The position numbers were made by a program, and so were the translations under genes. A DNA stretch of 63,926 nucleotides, filler included, from Salisapilia sapeloensis CBS 127946 (Eukaryota; Protista; Oomycota), in the NCBI GenBank assembly GCA_023334545.1. It is 13 parts of 13 records of this genome, joined end to end, with 100 filler letters (N's around TTAATTAATTAA, not from the genome) between each part and the next. Parts side by side here need not be neighbours in the genome. Positions count along the whole stretch, not along the records: positions 41,054 to 56,616 come from JAADVB010000367.1; 12 more parts are not named here. One strand, written 5' to 3'. Each line of letters opens with the position of its first letter. Position 1 is the first letter of the stretch. Below, piece by piece: positions 44,375-56,111 of the stretch. The notes beneath the pieces were generated by a model, which saw nothing but the letters and a program-made list of their open reading frames with translations, was not told where the DNA came from and did not search any database.

Positions 44375-47300
44375 ATGACGGAGGAAGCCGGTCGCCGGTC
44401 CTCTTTAACCTCCCGAATGAGCTCCGTGGGGGAAGATTTTGCTCGAGAACCGAATTGCGGCGTTTGCCAGCGCGGCTTCAATTTACTACGTCGTCGACAC
44501 CATTGTCGAAGATGTTCCGTCGCTGTCTGTAAGGACTGCGGAGCAAAAGCCGTTGATAGACGCAAAGGAGATACGTCGAAACCACAATGGTATTGCTACA
44601 CTTGCATTGAAGAAGATGAACAGATCGAAGTCGACAAGAATGCACTCAACAAACGCCGTGCTGGTGCGAATGCAACGATCAATGAAGCGTCTTCCGTACG
44701 CATCTTTTCTAGCTACTTTGTGCATCTGATTCACTCACATGATGTCTACTTCAGTTTGCGAGCATTGCCAAGTTCTGTGTCGAGTGTGGGTATGAATTGC
44801 CACCACGCGTCAAGTTCTGTATCGAATGTGGTACGGCCGTACCGACGATGGACACTTCGAGTGACCATGCAGACACGAATGGTATCACGAATAGCCAGTC
44901 CAGATCTTCACTTACAGACTCGAATCTTCCCGTACGTACTTTAATATCTCTATCATGTCACTTGTCGATCAATACATGAAACGACATGGCTATTTATACC
45001 TTTTTCTTGTCATTTCGAATCAATTATCTAACATCAGACATGCCGTTGTGGATTCTAAAGGTCATCGATGAGCTCGTTGGGTACAACTCGGAGAACCAGC
45101 AGGCTGCGCCGAAAGAAGCAAAGGAAGAAGAAAGCGTTGTTTCGGAAGCTGAATCCGCTGCCGAGACAGCAGACACGGTCGACAATCAGAGTGCTGAGAA
45201 GGATGAGCATCTGCGCCAGTTGCAGTCCGAGAATGAAAATCTGCGCAATGCGTTGGAGAAGATGAAGCAAAAGGCTGAGTCTGCCAAGCAGCGCGTCGCT
45301 ATCGCTGAACAGAAGCGACAGGAAGAAGCGTCTGCTCGACAGCGTGCCGAGAGCCAGGTTTCTCAAGTCCAGGCGCAAGCTCCTCCAGCTCCAGCTCCAG
45401 CTCCATCCTCCGAGTCTCCAAGCGCTGCAACAAGTGGCGTGGCAGCAAAAGACCATCCGGACTTTGTCAAGTACTTTAAGCTGCTCAAGATGGGTATGCC
45501 GGAGGAACAAGTACAGCTCAAGATGAGTGCCGATGGCGTCGATACGTCTGTCTTGAGTGAACCAGACAAGATCATTGGTGGCAGTGGCAACGCACAAGCC
45601 GAAAGCTCGAGTACCGCAGGCGAGAAAACCGTCAAGGACGATGAAAAGTATTCCAAGTACTTTAAATTGCTCAAGATGGGTATGCCTGCAGAGCAAGTCA
45701 AGATGAAAATGAGTGCTGCTGGGGATGATCCGAATCTCTTAGACACACCAGACGCTCCGATAGACGGAGGTTCCTCAAATGCTGCACCGATGAAAGTATC
45801 GGAAGACCCGGCGTTTGAAAAATACTTTAAGCTACTCAAGATGGGTATGCCTGCAGAGCAAGTCAAGATGAAGATGAGCGCTGCTGGAGACGATCCGTCT
45901 GTCCTGGATGACCCGAATGCCGTATCTCCGAACGCCCAAGGCGCTAGTCAACCCACAGCTAACGGTCTTCCACCTCCAAAGGAAGCAGTGAAAGTCGATC
46001 CGTCTGCTCTGCAAGCAACTCTTGCCTCTAAGAATAAGAAGGAGGAGAAGAAGGAAGAGAGCGGTCCGAAGCTTCCGAAGAAGGATCCGATCCAGCCGAA
46101 CGTCGAGCTACGTCCACTCTTCTGGAGTCGCGTACCTGTAAACGTCGTGAGTAGTACGATGTGGATGCAACTTGACGATAAGAAACCGGCATTTGACGTT
46201 CCAGAGATGGAATGGATGTTTCGTAAGAACGTCGTGGAGGCACCAAAGAAGAAAGAAGACAAGAAGGAGGATAATAAACCAAAGCAAGTGCTGTTACTAG
46301 ATGGCAAGAGACAGCAGAACGTGTCGATCGCCATGACAAGATTCCGTATGACTGCGTCAGAGATCTCGAAAGCCATCTATGCGCTCGACACGAACGTCTT
46401 GACTTCTGAAATGCTCAATGTCCTCATCTCCATCTCTCCAACACTGGAAGAGCAAGATCTATTGAAGAATTACGATGGAGACGTGAATCTCCTTGGTAAT
46501 GTTGAAAAGTTCTTCCTAGAGCTACTCAAGATACCTCGATACACACAACGTATCAAGTGCATACGCTTCCGGCTACAGTTTGAGAACCGTATTCTCGAGA
46601 CACAAGAGCAGCTAGATACACTAGCTGCTGCGACGGATCAAGTGGCGGATAGTGCCAACTTCCGAGGTATCCTCGAGCATGTACTGGCGATTGGCAACTA
46701 CTTGAACGGCAGTACACCTCGAGGTGGTGCCTATGGCTTCCGTCTGGACACACTGACAAAGCTGCATACGCTCAAGTCAGTCGATCCACGCGTAACGCTC
46801 CTCCACTACGTCGTTCGACAGCTAGAAGAGAGGAATCCAGATCTCATCGCTGTCGTCGGAGAGCTTAAGCACATCCCGACCGCCAAGAGACTGTCGCTAG
46901 ATCAGCTCCGAGCCGACTTGAAGGCTTACAACACGGAGCTCGCGATGCTCCAGGGACAAGTGCAAGCGAGTAAGAAGGACGATATATCGTACGATCGGTT
47001 CTATGAGGACATGGCACCATTTGCCAAGGATGCAGGCGAGGTGTTAGAGGAACTCGGTCGAGACTTTTCACAGCTCGAGACGTCGTATAACGAGCTCGTG
47101 AGCTCTCTTGGAGAAGATCCTCGGAAGCTCAGTCCAGTCGAATTCTTTACGGTCTTAGACGAGTTCTTGACGGAGTTTAAGAAAGCGTATCGCCAGAATC
47201 AGACGAAAGAGTTCCAGACGATCTTTGAGAAAGCCAAGAAGGAGAGGGAAGAAGCGGAGGCGAAGAAAATGTCGGAGCAAGAAGCTCGACATGCAGAGGA

Positions 47301-48033
47301 GACCAAGGAGATGAAAGAGAGACTGGAGCATATGCTGTCGTCCTGGGCTCAGCAGCATGATGAGAGCCCAGACGATGTGCATCGACGGTTTGACGACGCT
47401 ATGAAGAATTTTAAGGACGATCAAGTCACGGCCGATGAGTTCTGTATGAGTGTGAAACAGATTGTCGGTGCCAAGGCTGCGACCAAGATACTTCCGGATG
47501 CCGCAGCGTTGATCTCGAAAGAGGAGAAACGAAATGCTGCACTTGCTGCCGTCGATCGGTTCACGCAGCAAGTTAAGAAGGACAAGGAAGAACGGAAAAA
47601 ACGAAAGAAGAGTAAAGAGAGCTTGTTTGCACCGGATACGAGTAGCGAGGAAAAGGTGCGGCCGAAAGCACCGTCATCGTCGCCGCCGAAACGTGGCGCG
47701 AAGATCCCGATGATCAATGTAGACGATATTGAGCCCGTCGTCGGCGAAGAAGCGCACCAGCTGCACACGTCGATCATTGAGGCAGTGCAACAGGCGTTCC
47801 AGGGTGATACGAAGAAGATGAAGCGGTTCACGTCGAATACGCGCAAGTACGGTAGCGAGAAGATGACGGCGCGCGAGTTTTATCAGTATTTAATGGACTC
47901 GTTCGAGCCAGACTTTGTCGGTCGGCTCGTCCCTGATCTGGCCCGCCTGCTGCAAGATCGCGAAAAGCGACACGCGCTGATCATTGCTCTCTGCGAAAGT
48001 GCACCAGGATGGGCCAAGTTCTCTGGTCTGTAG
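44375..48033 (+). CDS. Formin: FYVE finger, double zinc ribbon, coiled coil, three CCDC53/DUF2360-like repeats, FH2 and helical C-terminal domain
   Basis: Exons 44375-44695, 44755-44931 and 45061-48033 (phase-0 GT-AG introns). FYVE RRRHHCRRC, FCVECG/FCIECG ribbons, FH2 motifs LRPLFWSRV, LLDGKRQQNVSI and LAIGNYLNG...GAYGFRLDTL. Confidence 0.92.
45445..45915 (+). repeat. Three coding repeats K(Y)FKLLKMGMPxEQVxxKMSAxG(D/V)D
   Basis: DHPDFVKYFKLLKMGMPEEQVQLKMSADGVD, DDEKYSKYFKLLKMGMPAEQVKMKMSAAGDD and EDPAFEKYFKLLKMGMPAEQVKMKMSAAGDD. Copies 2 and 3 are near-identical at DNA level. Confidence 0.92.
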
Positions 48034-48107
48034 TGGATCGCACGGCATACACAGCATCAAGGAATGGAAATGGACTTTTATTTCGTTCGTAGCAAGTAGT
48101 TTTGGGT

Positions 48108-48548
48108 TTACATCTCGTTCGAGGTCTGTGGCGTCATCGGTGCACCGAGTGTCGATTCGCGATAGTGTTTCGGGCGGCGTTTGTCCACTTGTGGTTCGTC
48201 ATTCGTCTGATTCAGCTTCACGCGCCACAAGTCCTGTTGCTCTTGGAGCCCACGTACCCACTTGTTCATTTCACCTTTCGAGTCAGCGCGTAAGAAATAA
48301 CTTCGCTCCGGCGTTTTCAAAACGAAGCTGAATGCGCCATGATCGCCGTTTTCAAAGCGACGAACGGACTCGATCGAGAGCAAGTCGATCGTTTTCGATG
48401 GCGCGTTCGCGTTTTCACTCGCATAGTACTTTAACTCCGAACCTTGCAGCGCAAAGTAGCGCGTCGTCCACTGCGGCGTAATAACACATTCCTTGTTCTT
48501 CATCTTGTGCAAATAGCCCGCGAGCGGCGTCGGGTCCTGCGCCTGCAT
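48108..48548 (-). CDS. Small PH-domain protein (146 aa)
   Basis: LAGYLHKMK...WTTRYFAL.GSELKYY...IDL...FVLKTPERSYFLRADSKGEMNKWVRGL is a canonical PH fold. Confidence 0.92.
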   Translation of the reverse strand: MQAQDPTPLAGYLHKMKNKECVITPQWTTRYFALQGSELKYYASENANAPSKTIDLLSIESVRRFENGDHGAFSFVLKTPERSYFLRADSKGEMNKWVRGLQEQQDLWRVKLNQTNDEPQVDKRRPKHYRESTLGAPMTPQTSNEM

Positions 48549-49007
48549 GTTCGTCTTGAAGTGTCCGAGTTAAATTTGAAGTGTCGTTTCATGATCGTGT
48601 TGTCGATTGTATAAAACATCTTTGTTCACCTGAGCTTTTTTTGTGGCTTGGTGCTCATCTCGCATGCTTCTCGTCTCCGCCAGGTGTGGGTGTATCAAGT
48701 GCGGGAATCTACCAACAACCGACTACTGCCGCCACGACGTGTACACAATACGTCCAGTAGCGTACACTACTCTAGACACACGCATCGATCGCACACAAAA
48801 GTCGAATCCAGACGCTCTGTTAAATCGAAATGATACGAATACTTGAAGCGAGTTGGCTGTGCAGAAACCAGTCGATCGTCTCGGTATATCGTTACACGCA
48901 CCCATTTTCTATACCTACGCTTGTAGCTTGATCGCATGCATACGAAAGGTGGCCTAGAACTGTGCGTTTAGAGCAGCAGCGATGTTCACTCGAATGCCAG
49001 GCTTTCT

Positions 49008-50186
49008 ATGATCGTGAAGGTTATCCATACAGCTGGATCGAGCACCTCCCCGGCTCTTGGGGATTTTTTGCACACCGGACAAAGCGCGCATGCACACCAC
49101 TTCGAAATACTCTCCATGGCCATGAAGCCCGAGTACGCCTGGGAATTCCCCACGACGAACGTCCCACTCGCTCGTCATCACTCCATGCCGCCAATGGACT
49201 CGGTCCACTTGCCGCCTCGCCCGCGAAGCGCTAGCTACATGTTCCCAATGTCTTACGCACCTCTCGCACCAGCACCTGAGATGCTACTCCCGTCCAACGG
49301 AATGGAGTTGCGCATGGAAAACGTCAAGAACGAGTCCTTCCTGGACGTCGAGCCCATAGCATTCCACGAGCACCGACCAGCTTCGACGTCCGAAGCCTTG
49401 GATCTCGATCCGCTCTCCTATAGTGCCATCACCCAGCCATCGGCGCCATTACCACACTGGTCGCCTTATGCATACTACTCGGGTCCAGCGACGATGGAGT
49501 CGCCGACGGACTTAGCACAGAGCGTCCCGACCTTGGAACCCACGTACGAATCTACGTACAAGCCCATGCCCATGACGACGACGCCGGTCCACTTCCAGCA
49601 GAAACCCAAGACCATTTCTCACAAACACTCTTCACCATCCAGAAGAGTGTTTGTCGCATGCAAGTCGGACGGATGCAGCCGTCGGGTCCGCTCTAGAGGC
49701 TATTGCAAGGCTCATGGCGGTGGCAAGAAGTGTATCATCGACGGGTGTGGCAAATCCAGCCAGAACGGAGACTACTGCATCGGCCATGGCGGTGGCAAGA
49801 AATGCAAGGAGCCTAATTGCCCCAAGGCGGCCCAATCCCACGGGCTGTGCAAAGCCCACGGCGGCGGCGCGCGATGCAAATTTCCGAACTGTAACAAGAG
49901 TAGTCAAGGTGGAGGTCTCTGCCGTGCCCACGGAGGTGGCAAGCGTTGTCAGGCTGAGAACTGTGTCAAAGGAGCGCAACGAGGCGACTTTTGCGCAACG
50001 CATGGCGGCTACAGAAGCTGCAGCGTCGACGGGTGTGTCCGAACGGACCGTGGTGGAGGTTTCTGTGAAGTCCACCGTCGTGGGAAAACGTGCAAGGTGG
50101 ACGGGTGTAAGAAGTTATCGCGGAACAACGGCATGTGTACGGCGCATATTCGTGAAGTGAAGCAATATGCGTACGTGGACGCGTGA
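49008..50186 (+). CDS. Protein with tandem CxxxxC...C.AHGGG (WRKY19-like) zinc-finger repeats
   Basis: About seven repeats such as CKEPNCPKAAQSHGLCKAHGGGARC after a Pro/Ser-rich N-terminus. The true start may be a downstream ATG. Confidence 0.88.
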   Translation: MIVKVIHTAGSSTSPALGDFLHTGQSAHAHHFEILSMAMKPEYAWEFPTTNVPLARHHSMPPMDSVHLPPRPRSASYMFPMSYAPLAPAPEMLLPSNGMELRMENVKNESFLDVEPIAFHEHRPASTSEALDLDPLSYSAITQPSAPLPHWSPYAYYSGPATMESPTDLAQSVPTLEPTYESTYKPMPMTTTPVHFQQKPKTISHKHSSPSRRVFVACKSDGCSRRVRSRGYCKAHGGGKKCIIDGCGKSSQNGDYCIGHGGGKKCKEPNCPKAAQSHGLCKAHGGGARCKFPNCNKSSQGGGLCRAHGGGKRCQAENCVKGAQRGDFCATHGGYRSCSVDGCVRTDRGGGFCEVHRRGKTCKVDGCKKLSRNNGMCTAHIREVKQYAYVDA

Positions 50187-50310
50187 GGTGGTGGCCGGGT
50201 CGATGTAGACCCACTTTTTTGCTTATATGTCAGTAGCGTTTTCCTCTTTTCTTTCCAGCATGTGCAAAAGCATACTAAAATGTACATCGTGCTTTATTCG
50301 TCTGCGTTTC

Positions 50311-50907
50311 TTACTTGAATGTCGGATCCACAGCTCTGCTTAGGATCTCATACGTTGCTGAGTGATCGCCACAAGCACTTGGAGACGTCGTATCGATCTC
50401 AAAGCCCATTTTTCGCAGGTAAAAGTCGAGAGCTTGACGATTCGACTTAAACACCGTGAGGACGACGAATTTCATTTTGTGACGACGAGCAATTAGTAGG
50501 GTAAGCTGCATGAGAAACTTGCCTAGACCTCTTCGTTGCGCCGTGGAAGACACTTGGATCTCATACACATAAAGCACTTCGACGTCATCGTCTTCTACGA
50601 AGCGAAAGTGGATGAAACCAACTAATTTAGACGTTGAGGAGTCTCGAGCTAGCAAGTAGCGAGCCTCTTCTTCAAATAACTCTTCCTTCTTCGCAACTGG
50701 ATCGTACTTCCATTCAGATTGTTGATACATCTCCTTCATATTCGCCTCGAAAATAGCCACAATAGCATCTCTCGTCGCTTCCTCCAGATCGTTTGCATGG
50801 CTACTAGTCATTGCAACATCAATGCCATTTCGCTTAAACTTCCGGAACGCATTAAAGTCCTGTAATACGTCCGCAGTGGCATTCGCAGCAGCTAATACCT
50901 GCTCCAT
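50311..50907 (-). CDS. NAA40: N-alpha-acetyltransferase 40 (NatD, histone H4/H2A)
   Basis: NMKEMYQQSEW, KKEEL, ARYL, GFIHFRF...EVLYVYEIQV...QRRGLGKFLM, VLTVFKSN and YEILSR motifs. Confidence 0.93.
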   Translation of the reverse strand: MEQVLAAANATADVLQDFNAFRKFKRNGIDVAMTSSHANDLEEATRDAIVAIFEANMKEMYQQSEWKYDPVAKKEELFEEEARYLLARDSSTSKLVGFIHFRFVEDDDVEVLYVYEIQVSSTAQRRGLGKFLMQLTLLIARRHKMKFVVLTVFKSNRQALDFYLRKMGFEIDTTSPSACGDHSATYEILSRAVDPTFK

Positions 50908-51022
50908 CCGATATCAATAGGAGATACCAACTGCAAATGTTGCACGGAGATTATAACTCTTCAAAAGTCGCACGAAAGTCTTCCGAAGGCTTGAAAAACA
51001 ACCAAATACCGTGCGAGCAGGT

Positions 51023-52921
51023 ATGAAGCGAGCGGCACCTCCTACGTCTCCGCTGGACGCACCAGCACCTGAATTGGACTCTTCGCTGCTACCAGACACG
51101 TCATCAACCATTGAGCCATCACAGATGCTTGATGTCGAGTCCCCTGTGAACAAACAGGCTCGAACAGCAGCTCGAGAGAACAATGATGCGACTAAGCCGT
51201 CCATAACAGCACAGCGCCAGCAACCGACGCTAGCGCAACGCTTACAGATTATAAAGCTAGCTCGGGAAGATAAGCTCACACATGGACAAATTGCGGAACG
51301 CATGAACATGTCTAAACCGACGGTCTCACGCACACTTGGTCGTGCCGATTTCTATGAAGCACAGCATGCTCGAGGCGTACCGTTGAACGTACGTCGTTTT
51401 CGTGGGCCAACCAAGTCTACAGACATGGACAGACTGCTGTGGGACTGGTTCAAGGTCGCCCATTCAAATGGCGCTGTGGTCACAGGCTCGGACCTGAAGA
51501 ATGAGGCACGGAGACTCGCAAACGAATTGGGCGTCCGGAACTTTAAAGCGTCTAATGGATGGCTTGACAGATTTCGCGTACGATACCAGATCGGGGGTGG
51601 CTATCGGCGAGTAACAACGCTAGCGTTGGATTGTGGTCGGAAGGACAGTTTTCACGTGAAAAGCGCTGTCTTCTCTGGCAATGGCAGTGCGACTATGGCA
51701 GAGATACTGAACGGATATAAAGATCAGGATGTGTGGGCATTAGATGAGACAACACTTCGCTTTGCTCTCTTGCCGTCACAAGAATCGGCATTGACTGTCC
51801 CGACGGACGACTCTAGCAGCGACCACATGATGCTCTTACTGTGTGCGTCCATGGCAGGTGAACGCTATGACCGGCCGTTCGTCGTGTACGACAAGTATAA
51901 GCCAGCTGCTTTTGCTGGTCTACAGACATCAGAGCTGTTCAACGCACTCCCAGTGCACTGGGCAGCCAACGACCGTGCCGAGCTGTCTGCAGCGAACTTT
52001 GCGCAATGGCTGCAAGAGTTCGATGCGTACATTGGTCGTCTTGGTGAGCGCCAAGTGCTGCTGTTCCTCTCCACTGCTGCTGCGCACATGGGTTTTTATG
52101 ACGTCCGCACGAGCCACATCCGTGTCGTCTTCGTCCCAGCGCACTTGCTGCCACGCCATGAGCCTTTCAAGCAAGGAATCATCCGAGAGTTTAAGCTTCA
52201 TTATCGAAAATCCTTGGTAGAATATGCTTTGAATCAGTTCCAACAGACTGGTATCGACGAACTCCTCGCAGTTCGACTCATCCAACGAGCTTGGAGCAGC
52301 GTTGCAGCGCATAGAGTGAGGCATAGCTTCGCGAGAGCAGGGTTCGCGCGACCGAATGCAGGCGCTCAGATGGCTATGACCAATGGGAATGTCGAGCGGT
52401 TTGCACGACAGGAGCTCGCGTCTCTCGCTAATCTCATGAACAAGTATCTTAACAAGGATGAGAATGAAGCAACTGACAAGAGTGCATCACTGACGATGGC
52501 GAGACGCTACGCTTTGAAAAGTGACGATGGGGATGGAGACGCTCCGGATCTATTTGATATGGACGAAGCTACAAACGGATTGGACGGGCTGGATGAAAAG
52601 CGAGGACAGTCTGTCGATGGAAATGTGCTGCATGTGGATTTAGGCGAGTCGGAAGGAGTAAGCTCGTCGTTTGGAGAGAACAGTACAGAGGGTATGTCTA
52701 GTGACGAAGCGTCCATGCTACGAACAGTTCGGTCTCTTACAAGATCTAGTCGCAATATGCATGAGTATGACTCGCAAAAGTTGTGTGGACTGTTGAAAGC
52801 GTTGGAGAAACATTGTCAGAGTGACTATTCCGACAGTGTCCTTGCGCCAGGGGCAACTTTCGTCGAAAGCTTACAGAATATGCAGCAAGAGCTGTCGAGA
52901 AGGATAGGAAACACGAAATAA
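51023..52921 (+). CDS. CENP-B/Tigger/pogo-derived protein (two HTH domains plus a degenerate DDE_1 domain), probably domesticated
   Basis: TLAQRLQIIK...IAERMNMSKPTVSR (HTH), LWDWF...VTGSDLKNEA...FKASNGWLDRFRVRY (HTH_Tnp_Tc5), DVWALDETTL, LLFLSTAAAH and HEPFKQGIIREFKLHYR. ATG at 51023; the track's 51011 is GTG. Confidence 0.88.
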   Translation: MKRAAPPTSPLDAPAPELDSSLLPDTSSTIEPSQMLDVESPVNKQARTAARENNDATKPSITAQRQQPTLAQRLQIIKLAREDKLTHGQIAERMNMSKPTVSRTLGRADFYEAQHARGVPLNVRRFRGPTKSTDMDRLLWDWFKVAHSNGAVVTGSDLKNEARRLANELGVRNFKASNGWLDRFRVRYQIGGGYRRVTTLALDCGRKDSFHVKSAVFSGNGSATMAEILNGYKDQDVWALDETTLRFALLPSQESALTVPTDDSSSDHMMLLLCASMAGERYDRPFVVYDKYKPAAFAGLQTSELFNALPVHWAANDRAELSAANFAQWLQEFDAYIGRLGERQVLLFLSTAAAHMGFYDVRTSHIRVVFVPAHLLPRHEPFKQGIIREFKLHYRKSLVEYALNQFQQTGIDELLAVRLIQRAWSSVAAHRVRHSFARAGFARPNAGAQMAMTNGNVERFARQELASLANLMNKYLNKDENEATDKSASLTMARRYALKSDDGDGDAPDLFDMDEATNGLDGLDEKRGQSVDGNVLHVDLGESEGVSSSFGENSTEGMSSDEASMLRTVRSLTRSSRNMHEYDSQKLCGLLKALEKHCQSDYSDSVLAPGATFVESLQNMQQELSRRIGNTK

Positions 52922-53140
52922 CAAGAAGGTTGTGCGTTGTGGTGATTTATTGTATCAGAGTTGGTTCTGGAACTGGAATATAATCATAGTTGTGATAGCA
53001 TACGTGCATGCCAGAGATCAACGACTGAATGCCGACACTTGATAGAAAAGCGCTTTCATGAGCATGAAACGAGTGGAAAGCTGTTCATGTGAAACGGACG
53101 AGGTAGCATTATAAGCCTTTTCTACTGCCAAGACAAGACG

Positions 53141-55132
53141 ATGGATTGGTTTCTGCTGCTTGTAGTTGCCGTCATGGGTGTCGCTTTCCTCATGGTTAAC
53201 GCTTATGTGCTCATCTACTTCCAGCACGACGATGACGCGAATGAAGCGTACTTCCCGAAAGCACTTTTCGTAAGCTTTTAGTGTTCGTTTCTGCTTCACC
53301 TTTATGTATCGCTTATATTCTTCTATCCCTAGATCTTTGGCTTGCTCTTTACGGAAGCTAGTATCTTGTTCCTGCCGTTAGACGTGGTACGATCTACTCT
53401 TCATATGGAAACCTATCAGTTTATCCAATATCTCAATAACATCGACACTGTAGGCGAATAACTCCACTGCAATCGGATGCGATGAAGGGTGGAACAAAAC
53501 GTGTGGAGATATTAACATGTCTGCGTTGTGGATGGTGGTGTTTATCGGCACAATCGTCTTTCTAGTCATCCTCCTGCCATTTGCTATCTACTTATACGAA
53601 GCAAGTGATACGAGTGAAGCAGGCATGGATCCAAATGAGAGATGGAAAGAAGCTTTGAAACTGGAGATTGGTACAGTCGCTGCCGTCGCCATTATACTCG
53701 TCATCTTGTTTTTGACGATCGCAAAGAGCCATATCCCATTGCAAATGATGACAATCGAAGCGGATGACACGTTCTTTAGCTATACAGGTACGTTATTTGC
53801 TTCTATTGCAAGTAGTTGGTACCCAAACTGTATTGATGAATACTTGCTACTTAAGATGGGGAAACGCTTTCTAGTAAAGAGATATCTGTGGCGAGGAAGA
53901 TCGAGGAACAGCCTCTTGAAATCACAGTCGATCTATCGTTTCCAGTCTTTACAACAGGCATCTTTAGCTTTATCGGGTGGTTCTTTTTCACGCTATTCAC
54001 CGGTATTGGGCTCATTGCGCTACCACTCGACCTCATTCTGTACGTTGTCTGTCTAAAAGCTATGTAGAAACCTTTAAGCGTCTTATATGGAATCTAGAGC
54101 TTTTATTCATCGGCCAAAGTTTATTCCTGCAGACATCTATGCGCAACAAAAGGTATGCAACTACCTACTGAAAGAAATGTGGTATTGCTGAAGCAGTTTC
54201 TTTAGCTGAATCTACAACGAAAGTCCGAAGAGCTTATGGACTTAGGAGGCAAGATCAAATCGACAATGAATGCTGCACCATCCAGTAATCTATCCTTTTG
54301 GCAGCGAAAGAAGCAACAGCGCGAGAACTACATGACATTGAACAAATTTCGACAAGCAGTCTACCTGTTGGAAAATGATGCGCAGGATCTACGAATGTGT
54401 CATGATGGGCGCCGAGACTACAATCCTTTGATCCCAGTCGCCAAGCTCTTCGTCGGCTGCGTGTGCATAGTGGTGAGCTTCCTTTGGGTGCTCCATATAT
54501 CGCTCTATATGCTCCCTCCGACTCCCGTCACAGGATTTTTGAACAAGTATTTCATGTGGTTCGATCACTGGTTTCCGTTGTTTGGAGTCATTTCCGTCGG
54601 CGTCTTCAGCAGCTACCTTCTCGCATGTGCTGTCAAAGGCTGCTTCAAGTTTGGACTTCGTTATTTCTGTTGCTCGGTACGTTCATCATCTACTAGCTTT
54701 AGTAGAGTTGCTAACTTGCTTGTCGTAGCTGCACCCGATGGAGCTCCACGCAACATACATGAACTCTTTGCTCTTTAATCTGGCACTTGTCATGTTATGC
54801 ACGTTACCACTCGTGCAATTTTGCGATACTGCATTTAGTGACTACGGCAGATTGACCACACTACGCACCCTTATGGGTATACAAATCCGCTACCTGCATG
54901 GAATCAGTATTCTGTGGGAATACAACGTCTTCGTGTATGGTATCTTGGCGCTCATGCTACTTACAACTATCGCATTGGTACGAATCGTAGTGTATGAATT
55001 CATATACGATGGACTTTGTCAACTGGTGTGTACTTGAAATAGGCAATTACTCCGAGAGATCCGTCCGCAGTCGATGATGTCCGCAAAAAGATTGAAAAAC
55101 ATGTCAGAAGAGATAGCATCCAAAAGGCTTAA
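53141..55132 (+). CDS. LMBR1/LIMR-family multi-pass membrane protein, eight exons, 521 aa
   Basis: Exons 53141-53269, 53333-53386, 53454-53787, 53856-54039, 54098-54152, 54206-54676, 54729-54977 and 55043-55132, all GT-AG and phase-consistent. Motifs YFQHDDDANEAYFPK, LPLDVAN, LLPFAIYLYE, GIGLIALPLDLI and HPMELHATYMNSLLFN. Confidence 0.92.
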
Positions 55133-55172
55133 TTTGAATGTCGCTTCGAATACGAAATATATTTCATTCCTT

Positions 55173-56111
55173 CTAACTATTTTGTTTCTTCACTTCTAAT
55201 GGAGTAAGCATACGTCCACGATCGACGATCATTGGTTTATCTTTCGGCTCCTCCTGCTCGACTTCTTTTTCATTGAAGGGTAGAGACAAGTCCATCTGTG
55301 GACGAGGATGTACTCGCGGAGATATGGAATGCTCCTTTGCCTGGTTACCTGTTTCTTCCTGGTCTGCTTGAACTGTGGTTTTGATTGTAGGCTTCGTTCG
55401 AGGAGATGCAAGTGCAAGGTTATCATATTTCTTAATCTTCCGGGGTTTACGACGAGCAGGCTCGACTACTTGTTTCTTTATGAGCTTTGGAATGTACCGT
55501 GGTTGCTGTGGGATCATTGGGATTTGCTGCCCAGTCATTAAGCAGACAGCCGGATGAGCCTCTATCGGCTTCCCGTTAATCGTCTTTGCTTGCTTTGGAC
55601 TCTTGTCCGGTGTAAAGACATTGTTCGTCTTGACAGATCCGACGGTAGATGTATAGTAGTCTTCAAGTGCTAGCTTTGCTGCTTCAATGACGACGTGAAA
55701 AGCCTCGACACCAATCAGTCTCCCTGATAAGCTTCGATCTTGTCTTCCAACGACAAGGAGAACACTCGTCACATCCCATTTTTGAAGTAAATGTAGGAGA
55801 CGTACACCGACGCCGTGCTCTTGATCGTCCTCACACTCTTCAATGAAAGACTCTGGGTTACCACTGCTTCCTTCTTTACGAAGTCGAAGTGCCCAAGGAA
55901 AAGATTCCATTCGTCTACATTCGCGTTCTTCTCGAACACACTTGATAGCGTCAGGTAGATGACGCCAGTCATGAATTTCTGTGACGAAAGCTTGATACAC
56001 ATTCTTCTTAAGTATTAGCTGGGGTCCTGCTATTTCTCTAATTGGGCGACCCATTTGACGTTTGAAGACAGCAGATAGTCTGTCGTAGCTGATGACCACG
56101 TTGCTAAGCAA
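55173..56111 (-). CDS. IMPACT/UPF0029 (YigZ-like) domain protein with basic low-complexity tail; 5' exon(s) unresolved
   Basis: CEDDQEHGVGVRLLHLLQKWDVTSVLLVVGR...LIG..AFHVVIEAAKLAL resembles UPF0029 (DDGE..AG.RLL.LL). The track start is TTG, preceded by an AG acceptor. Confidence 0.7.
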   Translation of the reverse strand: MLSNVVISYDRLSAVFKRQMGRPIREIAGPQLILKKNVYQAFVTEIHDWRHLPDAIKCVREERECRRMESFPWALRLRKEGSSGNPESFIEECEDDQEHGVGVRLLHLLQKWDVTSVLLVVGRQDRSLSGRLIGVEAFHVVIEAAKLALEDYYTSTVGSVKTNNVFTPDKSPKQAKTINGKPIEAHPAVCLMTGQQIPMIPQQPRYIPKLIKKQVVEPARRKPRKIKKYDNLALASPRTKPTIKTTVQADQEETGNQAKEHSISPRVHPRPQMDLSLPFNEKEVEQEEPKDKPMIVDRGRMLTPLEVKKQNS

